From an uncultured Planctomycetia bacterium (GTDB taxonomy: Bacteria > Omnitrophota > Gorgyraeia > VGKH01 > JBHPFN01): a DNA stretch of 64,000 nt. Below, piece by piece: positions 41,386 through 49,256 of this stretch. Position numbers and translations under genes: made by a program. Positions within the stretch are counted from its first letter, which is position 1. Each line of letters opens with the position of its first letter. Location: NCBI GenBank assembly GCA_964406665.1, contig CAYOSQ010000003.1:102641-166640 (forward strand). The letters run 5' to 3'. The notes beneath the pieces were generated by a model, which did no database searches, was not told the DNA's origin, and saw only the letters and a list, made by a program, of their open reading frames with translations.

Positions 41386-41426
41386 GTGCCCAGCTTGATA
41401 ATTTAAGCTGGGCACTTCTGTCTTTT
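41386..41426 (+). terminator. Rho-independent terminator
   Basis: GTGCCCAGCTT/AAGCTGGGCAC 11-bp stem then TTCTGTCTTTT. Confidence 0.8.
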
Positions 41427-41478
41427 AAGTCAATCCCGCCAGGAGTATCTTAATAACAAAAATAACTAGAAAAATTAC

Positions 41479-41506
41479 TTGACAATAATCTCTATTGTGT
41501 TATACT
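41479..41506 (+). promoter_or_regulatory. Sigma70 promoter of sulfur/siroheme operon
   Basis: TTGACA-16-(TGt)TATACT. Confidence 0.8.
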
Positions 41507-41553
41507 CGATAATGTCGATGGGATAAGTAGACAATAGGATCTAGGTTAAGTAT

Positions 41554-41667
41554 ATGAAAAGAAAATCAATAGTTTCTATTCGCAGAGAAAAAAAATATTC
41601 CAGAGGAATCCTGGTCTGTTGTATGGCTATGCGTTGCCTCCCTGGCGGGAGGGGGATTCCGATGTAG
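41554..41667 (+). CDS. Cys/Met-rich leader peptide (37 aa)
   Basis: MKRKSIVSIRREKKYSRGILVCCMAMRCLPGGRGIPM*, between promoter and terminator upstream of cysH operon. Confidence 0.75.
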   Translation: MKRKSIVSIRREKKYSRGILVCCMAMRCLPGGRGIPM

Positions 41668-41700
41668 ATTGTGCAAGAAGTATATATTTACAGATCGATT

Positions 41701-41737
41701 CCCACTACTAGAAAAAAAGGTAAGTGGGTTTTTATTT
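41701..41737 (+). terminator. Attenuator terminator hairpin
   Basis: CCCACT(AC)...(GT)aAGTGGG then TTTTTATTT, just before SD of first operon gene. Confidence 0.7.
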
Positions 41738-41747
41738 AGGAGGTTAT

Positions 41748-41969
41748 ATGGAGCATCATAAAAGGACTATTTGCAAAACGTTAACTTGGCGTGGATTCGG
41801 GGCGTGTTTTACTGTGATTTTAATTTATCTGTATAGCGGTGATATTGGAGAATCGCTTGCGGTTGGTTTTCTTATGGAGTTAGTAAAAATGGGAATATAT
41901 TACTTACACGAAAGAGTTTGGAATAGAGTTTCTTTTGGTAGGTCTAAACCTCCAGAATACCAAATATAA
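41748..41969 (+). CDS. DUF2061 family small membrane protein
   Basis: AGGAGG SD, ATG 41748; KRT..KTLTWR, YYLHERVW. Confidence 0.85.
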   Translation: MEHHKRTICKTLTWRGFGACFTVILIYLYSGDIGESLAVGFLMELVKMGIYYLHERVWNRVSFGRSKPPEYQI

Positions 41970-41998
41970 CATTTTTCTATTGAGAAAGGGGAATTACT

Positions 41999-42718
41999 AT
42001 GAGTTTATTAGAACAAAAAGAAGATTTGAAATTGTTAGTTGAGAAATTGAATTTTAAAGAAAAGGTTAAGCGATCAAAGGAGCTAATCAGGCAAGCTTAT
42101 GAGAAATACGGTGATTCGCTTGTTGTTGCCAATAGTTTAGGTAAGGATTCGGTTGCAGTCTGGGATTTAGCAAAAAAGGTAAATCCTAAAATTAGAGGTT
42201 TTATAGTAACTACACGTTATAAGCCAAAAGAGACAATTGAGTTTATGAATGGAGAGGTTACAAGATATCCAGAATTAAAAATTTACAAAAACGATAAAGA
42301 GATTCCTGAGAAACTTTATGAAACTAGCCCTGATCGTTGCTGCGATATTTTAAAGGTGCAGCCGGTAAAATGGGCTGTTGAAGAAATGGGAGTAAAATGC
42401 TGGGTAACCGGTTTACGTTGTACTGAGGGACGCACACGTACTGATTTTCAAGAAGTGGAAGAGCGAGATGTAGGTTTGATTAAACTTAATCCCATCCTTA
42501 TCTGGAAAGAACGTGAAGTCTGGCAGTATCTTGCTCTCTACGGCGTTAGAGTAAATCCTTTATATGGGGAAGGTTATCGTTCCCTAGGTTGTGCTCCTTG
42601 TACAAAGATAACTACTGATGACAATGAGAGAGCAGGCCGCTGGATAGGCACAAGTAAATGCGGAGGAGAGTGTGGAATTCATACCAGGCCACTTACAGGT
42701 GGCGGTGATGGAATATGA
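41999..42718 (+). CDS. cysH: APS/PAPS reductase (4Fe-4S CC...CxxC type)
   Basis: SLGKDS, CCDILKV.P, GYRSLGCAPCT, ECGIH. Confidence 0.92.
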   Translation: MSLLEQKEDLKLLVEKLNFKEKVKRSKELIRQAYEKYGDSLVVANSLGKDSVAVWDLAKKVNPKIRGFIVTTRYKPKETIEFMNGEVTRYPELKIYKNDKEIPEKLYETSPDRCCDILKVQPVKWAVEEMGVKCWVTGLRCTEGRTRTDFQEVEERDVGLIKLNPILIWKEREVWQYLALYGVRVNPLYGEGYRSLGCAPCTKITTDDNERAGRWIGTSKCGGECGIHTRPLTGGGDGI

Positions 42719-43209
42719 CAAAAAAGCAAGAGTCTTTACAATATTATCCGCTTGCAATAAGACTATCTGGAAAAGTTGCTTTGGTTGTTGGTGGCGGAAA
42801 TGTAGCCCAGCGTAAAATAGAGGCATTATTTATCTCTAAAGTTAAGGTGCGCTTAGCTTCTCCTGTGATAACGCCTAAACTTGAAATCTTAGCAAAAAAA
42901 GGCAAGATTGAATGGCTACCAAGATATGTTAAAAAAAGCGATATCAAAGGCGCAGATATTGTTATTGCTGCAACAGATAATAAGGCAGTAAATGAAAAAG
43001 TCAGTCGTTGGGCAGGTAAAGAAAAGGCTTGGATTAATGTTGTGGATAAACCTCTGTTGAGTGACTTTATCTCACCAGCTGTTTTTCGTACAAATAAAAG
43101 CATAATAACCGTGTATTCCGATGGTAAGGACCCTGTGTTATCTCGCGATTTGAAGGATTTTTTAAAGGAACACTGGAATGATTTTTTATCTTATAGGAAT
43201 AGATTATAA
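42715..43209 (+). CDS. sirC: Precorrin-2 dehydrogenase (SirC/CysG N-terminal)
   Basis: YPL, VVGGGNVA.RK, AATD, NVVD.P..SDF..PA. Confidence 0.85.
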   Translation: MTKKQESLQYYPLAIRLSGKVALVVGGGNVAQRKIEALFISKVKVRLASPVITPKLEILAKKGKIEWLPRYVKKSDIKGADIVIAATDNKAVNEKVSRWAGKEKAWINVVDKPLLSDFISPAVFRTNKSIITVYSDGKDPVLSRDLKDFLKEHWNDFLSYRNRL

Positions 43210-44203
43210 AACAGCAACTCTAAAAGAGCGCGAAACCGCTATCTGTCTGCGTAAAGAAATTGAGCAGTATTGGCAGCAGGTTAGTCCTGGTAAGTTCGCC
43301 CTGCTTAACACGTGCAATAGAACCGAGATATATGCTGCTGCCTTAAGTAAAGGTGAAGCCGAAACTTTTGCTAAATCATTCAAAGCTAATTTTGCTACCA
43401 GTTTTAGAAACGCTTATTTCATTTATGGTAGTGACAAAATTTTTGCACATGGTTTGCGTTTAGCGTGTGGGTTAGAATCTCAACTTAAAGGAGAGTTGCA
43501 GATTATGCAGCAATTAGAAACTTGGTTTAATCAAGATAGTTTTCCAATATTGCTTAAGGGGATCTGGAAAAAGATTATTAAAGCAGGCAAAGGAATTCGC
43601 ACAAAGTCAGGCTTAGATAATAATAAGGTTAATATAGCAGAAATAGTGTTTAGTGATTTAAATAGAAATAATGTCTTAAGAGAAAGAACAAAAGTTATTA
43701 TAGTCGGCACAGGTAAAATAGCAGAAATTATTGCACGAAGTAAACATTCTTTATTTGATTTTATTTTTGTAGCACGCAGGGAGAAATCAAAATCAAAGGT
43801 ACTTGCTAGATTAGCGAAAGGTAAGACAATACTATACGATGAGCTACCTAAATATCTTGATGAAGCTGATGTTTTGATTGGTGCAACGTCCAGCCCGCAT
43901 TATATTCTACGCGCTGACGATTTTAAAAACTTATCAGGTATTCGCAAGAGCCTTCTGTATGTTTATGACTTAGCTATGCCTCGTGATTTTGCTGAAGATG
44001 TTAATGATTTATCTTTTGTTAGAAAGAAAGATCTTAATGGTTTACTTAGCACCTTTTATCAACAAAATAGCTATGTCATCAGGTGTCTTAAACTAGCGGA
44101 AAAATTTATTGAAGAAAAAGCATATGAGTATAAGGAGTATTTAAATAATGAAAAGTATACTAATTGGCTCACGGCCCAGCCTGCTTGCGCTAAAACAGGT
44201 TGA
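43178..44203 (+). CDS. hemA: Glutamyl-tRNA reductase (short C-terminus)
   Basis: TCNRTE, GLES.L.GE.QI, ATSSPH, DLAMPRD. Confidence 0.88.
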   Translation: MIFYLIGIDYKTATLKERETAICLRKEIEQYWQQVSPGKFALLNTCNRTEIYAAALSKGEAETFAKSFKANFATSFRNAYFIYGSDKIFAHGLRLACGLESQLKGELQIMQQLETWFNQDSFPILLKGIWKKIIKAGKGIRTKSGLDNNKVNIAEIVFSDLNRNNVLRERTKVIIVGTGKIAEIIARSKHSLFDFIFVARREKSKSKVLARLAKGKTILYDELPKYLDEADVLIGATSSPHYILRADDFKNLSGIRKSLLYVYDLAMPRDFAEDVNDLSFVRKKDLNGLLSTFYQQNSYVIRCLKLAEKFIEEKAYEYKEYLNNEKYTNWLTAQPACAKTG

Positions 44204-44798
44204 AGAAATTAAACAGCACTTTCCGCAAACAGATTTTAAGATAGTGACTATTAAGACAAGCGGGGACAAGGATAAATTTACGCCTTTGGCAGAATTAGAA
44301 AGAGAAGATTTTTTTACCCGGGAGATTGAGCAGGCATTGCTAGAGGGAAAAATTGATGCAGCAATTCATAGTGCTAAAGATTTAGAAAAAATACCCCCAG
44401 CAAATACTACTATTGCTGCTATGACGCACTCAATCAGTATTTTTGAATGTTTAATTTCCAGGGGAAATCTAACCCTAGGTCATCTATCTGCTGGAGCAGT
44501 TGTGGGAACAAGCAGTTTAAAGCGAAAGACTTCCTTGATAGATTTTCGGGAAGATCTTATTGTAAAAGACATCCGGGGAAATGTTGATGAGCGCATTAAG
44601 CAACTTGATCAAGGCAAATTTGATGCGATTATCGTTGCCCATGCTGCATTAATCAGATTAGGGTATGAAAGCAGAATTGCAGAAATAATACCGGAAAATA
44701 TTATTGAGCCACATCCTCTGCAAGGGAGATTATCTGTGCAGGTTCTTGCTAATAGGCCTGAGATGATAAATCTATTTAGGAGTATCAATGAACAATAA
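44148..44798 (+). CDS. hemC: Hydroxymethylbilane synthase, lacking domain 3
   Basis: GSRPSLLA..Q, TSGD, HSAKD, GTSS..R, IRGNVDER; only 216 aa. Confidence 0.85.
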   Translation: MKSILIGSRPSLLALKQVEEIKQHFPQTDFKIVTIKTSGDKDKFTPLAELEREDFFTREIEQALLEGKIDAAIHSAKDLEKIPPANTTIAAMTHSISIFECLISRGNLTLGHLSAGAVVGTSSLKRKTSLIDFREDLIVKDIRGNVDERIKQLDQGKFDAIIVAHAALIRLGYESRIAEIIPENIIEPHPLQGRLSVQVLANRPEMINLFRSINEQ

Positions 44799-45513
44799 AT
44801 CAGGAAAAATATATATTATTGGGGCTGGCCCAGGAGACCCAGAGCTGATAACGGTTAAAGGTCTTAAGGTTTTAAAACAGGCAGACTGTGTGTTGTATGA
44901 TTTTCTAAGCAGTGTGGAATTAATAAATTATGTGAAAACATCTGCTGAGAAAATATGCGTTGGTAAAGCAGATGGGTTGCATTTAAAAGAACAGGATGAA
45001 ATAAATGAGCTTCTTCACAAAAAAGCTAATGAACATAATATTGTGGTTCGTTTAAAAGGTGGAGACCCTTTTATTTTTAGCCGCGGCAGCGAAGAGGTAC
45101 GTTACTTAAGACAAAAAGGTTTAGACGCCCAAGTGATTCCTGGAGTAACTTCAGCAATTGCGGGTCCGGGATCATTTGATATCCCACTTACCATAAAAAA
45201 TAAAATATCTTCAGTTGCCATAATAACCGGCAGAAAGAAAGATATCAATGCCAGGATAGAAGCGCCTCGATGTGGCACTCTGGTTTATCTCATGGCAGTT
45301 AGTAATATTGTTAATGTGGTTAAGGCGCTAAAGGAAAATGGTTGGTCAGATGAGACACCTTGTGCATTTATTGAGCGTGCAACCTGTAAAGATTCCCGGA
45401 TTGTCCGTGCTGCTATCAACATGATAGAAAAAGAAACCAAGAAGCAGAAAGTTAAATCCCCAGCAGTTTTTGTTGTGGGAGAGGTGGTGAATTATGCCAG
45501 AGCAAATTCATAA
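44788..45513 (+). CDS. cobA: Uroporphyrinogen-III C-methyltransferase
   Basis: GAGPGDPELIT, RLKGGDPF, PGVTS; no HemD fusion. Confidence 0.93.
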   Translation: MNNKSGKIYIIGAGPGDPELITVKGLKVLKQADCVLYDFLSSVELINYVKTSAEKICVGKADGLHLKEQDEINELLHKKANEHNIVVRLKGGDPFIFSRGSEEVRYLRQKGLDAQVIPGVTSAIAGPGSFDIPLTIKNKISSVAIITGRKKDINARIEAPRCGTLVYLMAVSNIVNVVKALKENGWSDETPCAFIERATCKDSRIVRAAINMIEKETKKQKVKSPAVFVVGEVVNYARANS

Positions 45514-46441
45514 TATAAGTTTGGATTCTCTGATTTATCCGTTATTTGTAAAGCAAGGCAACGGTGTACGTGAACCAATTTCTTCCCTGCCGGGAATTTT
45601 CAGATTTTCTCTCGATACTATTATCGAAGAGGTAGAGTTTCTGAAACAAAACGGAATCAATAGAATTCTTTTATTTGGAATACCGGATAAAAAAGATTCA
45701 TTAGGTAGTGCTGCATATAGCGACGACAATGTTATTTCTGAAACTGTTACACTGATAAAGAAAGAATTCCCTGAAATAATTATTTTTACTGACGTATGCC
45801 TTTGTGCTTATGCATTGCATGGACATTGTGCAGTGCTTGATCAATCAGATAATTCGCTGTCTATAGACAAAAAACAAACTTTATCCACATTGGCAAGAAT
45901 GGCATTGTCTCATGCTGCGGCAGGAGCTGATTTTGTTGCACCTTCAGCTATGGCAAAAGAACAAGTGGGCACAATAAGGAATGCATTGGATAAAAATAGT
46001 TACAACAATACGAAAATTATGGGTTATTCCGCAAAGTTTGCATCCCAGTTCTACGGCCCTTTTAGGGAAATTGCAGATTCTGCTCCCAAATTCTCAGATC
46101 GCAGTAGCTATCAACTGAATTATAGCAGCAGTGATAGTGCTTTATCAGAGGTCGCAGATGATATTAAAGAAGGGGCAGATATCGTTATGGTTAAACCTGC
46201 GTTGGCTTATCTGGATGTTATCCGTCAAGTAAGGAATAAGTTTAACCATCCAATCGCAGCATACAATGTTAGCGGGGAATATGCAATGGTGAAAGCGGGT
46301 GTTAAGTCAGGATATTGGGATGAGAAAGAAATTGTTTTTGAAATAATTAATTCAATAAAAAGGGCTGGCGCAGATATCATTATTACGTATCATGCACTTG
46401 ATATTGCAAAGTGGTTTAAGAAAGAGCAGGTATTGGTATGA
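45494..46441 (+). CDS. hemB: Porphobilinogen synthase
   Basis: DVCLC.Y..HGHC, FYGPFR, MVKP, YNVSGEY. Confidence 0.95.
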   Translation: MPEQIHNISLDSLIYPLFVKQGNGVREPISSLPGIFRFSLDTIIEEVEFLKQNGINRILLFGIPDKKDSLGSAAYSDDNVISETVTLIKKEFPEIIIFTDVCLCAYALHGHCAVLDQSDNSLSIDKKQTLSTLARMALSHAAAGADFVAPSAMAKEQVGTIRNALDKNSYNNTKIMGYSAKFASQFYGPFREIADSAPKFSDRSSYQLNYSSSDSALSEVADDIKEGADIVMVKPALAYLDVIRQVRNKFNHPIAAYNVSGEYAMVKAGVKSGYWDEKEIVFEIINSIKRAGADIIITYHALDIAKWFKKEQVLV

Positions 46442-47712
46442 GAAATAAGGAAGTTAATAAATTCGCAGATCGCGTACTTGTAGGTGGGGTTAATAGTCCT
46501 GTGCGTGCATTCACTTGCGTTGGGGGAAAGCCTATACCAATACAGCGCGGCCGTGGATCAAAGATCTATGATTATGACGGCAGGCAATATTTAGATTACG
46601 TGCTTTCTTTTGGTGCACTCATTCTGGGGCATTCACGTCCTGAAGTTATAAAGGGGATAAAAAATGCAGCTGGTTTTGGCGTGGGTTTTGGGGCAACGAA
46701 TATTTCTGAGGTAGTTTTGGCTAAACGAATTCAAGAGACAATACCGCTAATAAAAAAGATTAGGTTTGTTTCATCAGGTACAGAAGCCGTAATGGGTGCA
46801 ATAAGATTGGCTCGGGGTGTTACGGGGAAAAATAAGATAATTAAATTTAAAGGGTCATACCATGGGCATGCTGATTATCTTCTTAAAAATGCAGGCTCTG
46901 GGCTTGCCACACTAGGGTTGCCTGCAAGTAAGGGTGTGCCAAATGATTTTATCCGCCATACGCTTATCGCCCGATATGGTGATGCAAAACAGATAGATAA
47001 AATATTTGCAAGGTTTGGTTCTGATATAGCTGCTGTTATTGTGGAACCTGTGGGGGGCAATGATGGCGTTATCTTACCGGATAAGACTTTTCTCAAATAC
47101 CTAAGAAAACAGACAAAAAAATTCAATGCTTTGTTAATCTTTGATGAAGTTATAACTGGCTTTCGTTTTCACTATGGTAGTGCGGCAACCTATTTTGGTA
47201 TGCAGCCAGACATCATCTGTTTAGGTAAAATCATTGGCGGTGGTTTACCTATTGGAGCATATGGAGCTAGTAAGAAGATAATGGATCATTTAGCACCGCT
47301 AGGTGGTGTTTATCAGGCTTCAACGTTTTCTGGTAATCCGATTGTGATGAAAGCAGGAATTAATACTTTAAAAGTTTTATCTTCGCTGAAGAATAATTAC
47401 AAGTACACTAAAAAAGCAACAGCATATTTAGTCCAATCAATTTCCTCTGAAGCTTATAAGCATGGTATTGACTTAACCATAAAACATTTCGCAAGTATGT
47501 TCAGCATACGTTTTAAAAATAAGGATTATTTTAAAATCTTTCATAGACAATTGTTAAATAAAGAAATATATCTTGCTCCCTCAGAGCACGAGTCGAATTT
47601 TTTATCATTTGCTCATACTAATAAAGATATTGAAAAAACTATAAGCGCTGTTAAAAATGCGCTAATTTTCTTAGCAAAAAGAAAGGTGAAGTATGGAAAA
47701 TGTAGATTATGA
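46438..47712 (+). CDS. hemL: Glutamate-1-semialdehyde 2,1-aminomutase
   Basis: GGVNSPVRA, SGTEA, FDEVITGFR, GKIIGGGLP. Confidence 0.95.
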   Translation: MRNKEVNKFADRVLVGGVNSPVRAFTCVGGKPIPIQRGRGSKIYDYDGRQYLDYVLSFGALILGHSRPEVIKGIKNAAGFGVGFGATNISEVVLAKRIQETIPLIKKIRFVSSGTEAVMGAIRLARGVTGKNKIIKFKGSYHGHADYLLKNAGSGLATLGLPASKGVPNDFIRHTLIARYGDAKQIDKIFARFGSDIAAVIVEPVGGNDGVILPDKTFLKYLRKQTKKFNALLIFDEVITGFRFHYGSAATYFGMQPDIICLGKIIGGGLPIGAYGASKKIMDHLAPLGGVYQASTFSGNPIVMKAGINTLKVLSSLKNNYKYTKKATAYLVQSISSEAYKHGIDLTIKHFASMFSIRFKNKDYFKIFHRQLLNKEIYLAPSEHESNFLSFAHTNKDIEKTISAVKNALIFLAKRKVKYGKCRL

Positions 47713-48409
47713 TGCCTTAAAGAAACGTGGGTTCTTGCGACAAAAACAAGAAGACCTTTTCATGTTAAGGGCAAGAGGAAGGTGTGGAAATTATACCGGG
47801 GAGCAGTTTATTGTTTTTGCTGAGATATCAAAAAAATATGGTAGTGGGATTATTCATGCTACTACACGTCAGGGAATAGAAATTCCTTTTATTCGTTTTG
47901 AGGATATTGAGAATGTCGAAGCAGAGATTCAATCTGCAGGTATTGATCCAGGAACTTCAGGCCCACGCATGCGTACAACCACAACATGTCCGGGAAACAA
48001 CTGGTGTAAAAGCGGACTTATAAATACTTTTTCATTATATGAAAAGATAGAAAATGAATTAAACATTAAATGCGGCATGGATTTACCTCATAAGTTCAAA
48101 ATAGCTATATCGGGTTGTCCTAATAAATGCACAAGAGCACAAGCCTCGGAAATCGGCATCCATGGGCAACCAAGGTTCTTAAACGGAAAATCAAAAATAG
48201 GTTATGCTGTTTATTTAGGTGGTTGTGGTGGTAAGACTCCGCGCATGGGATTTAAATTGGATAAGATCTTCAGCGAAGATGAAGTTCTCTCCATTATTAA
48301 AAATGTAGTTAATTTTTATAAAGAGAGCGCAAAATCACGTCAGCGGCTTGCTTTGCTCATTGAAAAGATAGGTAAAGATACTTTTCTAAAGGCAATAGGT
48401 TTATTGTAA
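47693..48409 (+). CDS. Small siroheme/[4Fe-4S] sulfite or nitrite reductase subunit
   Basis: TTRQGIEIP, CPGNNWC, HKFKIAISGCPNKC. Confidence 0.85.
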   Translation: MENVDYDALKKRGFLRQKQEDLFMLRARGRCGNYTGEQFIVFAEISKKYGSGIIHATTRQGIEIPFIRFEDIENVEAEIQSAGIDPGTSGPRMRTTTTCPGNNWCKSGLINTFSLYEKIENELNIKCGMDLPHKFKIAISGCPNKCTRAQASEIGIHGQPRFLNGKSKIGYAVYLGGCGGKTPRMGFKLDKIFSEDEVLSIIKNVVNFYKESAKSRQRLALLIEKIGKDTFLKAIGLL

Positions 48410-48468
48410 AATAAGAATTAATTCTTGCATAAGAATTCAATCCGATTATCTTTAAGTTTTCTTTATTT

Positions 48469-48497
48469 TTGACAAGCAAAGCTTAAAAGTATATAAT
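48469..48497 (+). promoter_or_regulatory. Consensus sigma70 promoter
   Basis: TTGACA-17-TATAAT. Confidence 0.85.
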
Positions 48498-48612
48498 AGC
48501 CCCAAGATTAAGAAAAGCAGCTTTAATATTTAGGAGCGAAAGTTCTTGGATATTTGAACTTTCGCCATTTTTATAATGAGATTATAACTATTTCAACAAA
48601 AGGGAGGTTGTA

Positions 48613-49107
48613 GTGAAAAGATTAGTAACTTTGATGGTGATTGCAGTATTATGTTTAGGAGTTGTCCCGGGTGTTTATGCTGGCGGAAAAATTGAAAATG
48701 GTAAAAAGGTTGCCATGGATTATGTTTTAACAGTAGAAGGTAAAATAGTGGATCGTTCTCAAGAAGGTTCACCTTTAGCGTTTATTCAAGGAAAAGGAAT
48801 GATTATTCCTGGATTGGAGAAACGTATTGTAGGATTGAGTACAGGAGATAGAAAAACCGTTCAAATTCCACCGCAAGAGGCCTATGGGTTACCAAATCCC
48901 AAGGCAATCCAACAAATCCCGCGTGCGCAATTTCCTGCGGGTCAAACTCCTAAAGTGGGTATGATGCTTCAGATGAGTGATCCCAGCGGTCGTAAGGTTC
49001 CTGCTGCGATAGTAGGCGTAACCGGTGAAGCAATTACCTTAGATTTCAATCATCCTTTAGCAGGAAAAACTCTGACATTTGATGTAAAGATTGTTGGTGT
49101 TGAATAA
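48613..49107 (+). CDS. Secreted SlyD-type FKBP peptidyl-prolyl isomerase
   Basis: Signal peptide (VYA), IIPGLE, P.EAYG, LDFNHPLAGKTLTF; no His tail. Confidence 0.9.
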   Translation: MKRLVTLMVIAVLCLGVVPGVYAGGKIENGKKVAMDYVLTVEGKIVDRSQEGSPLAFIQGKGMIIPGLEKRIVGLSTGDRKTVQIPPQEAYGLPNPKAIQQIPRAQFPAGQTPKVGMMLQMSDPSGRKVPAAIVGVTGEAITLDFNHPLAGKTLTFDVKIVGVE

Positions 49108-49130
49108 CATATTATTTTATTTAGATTAAG

Positions 49131-49167
49131 AATAGGCCCGGCAATTCATTGCCGGGCCTATTTCTTT
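49131..49167 (+). terminator. Rho-independent terminator
   Basis: AATAGGCCCGGCAAT/ATTGCCGGGCCTATT inverted repeat plus T-rich tail. Confidence 0.9.
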
Positions 49168-49256
49168 AAATAGTGATTCACGATTCTTTTTGACAATCGT
49201 AAGGAGCGAGAGTAAAATTAGGTATTAGGTTGATTATAATAAATAAGGAGAAAAAC

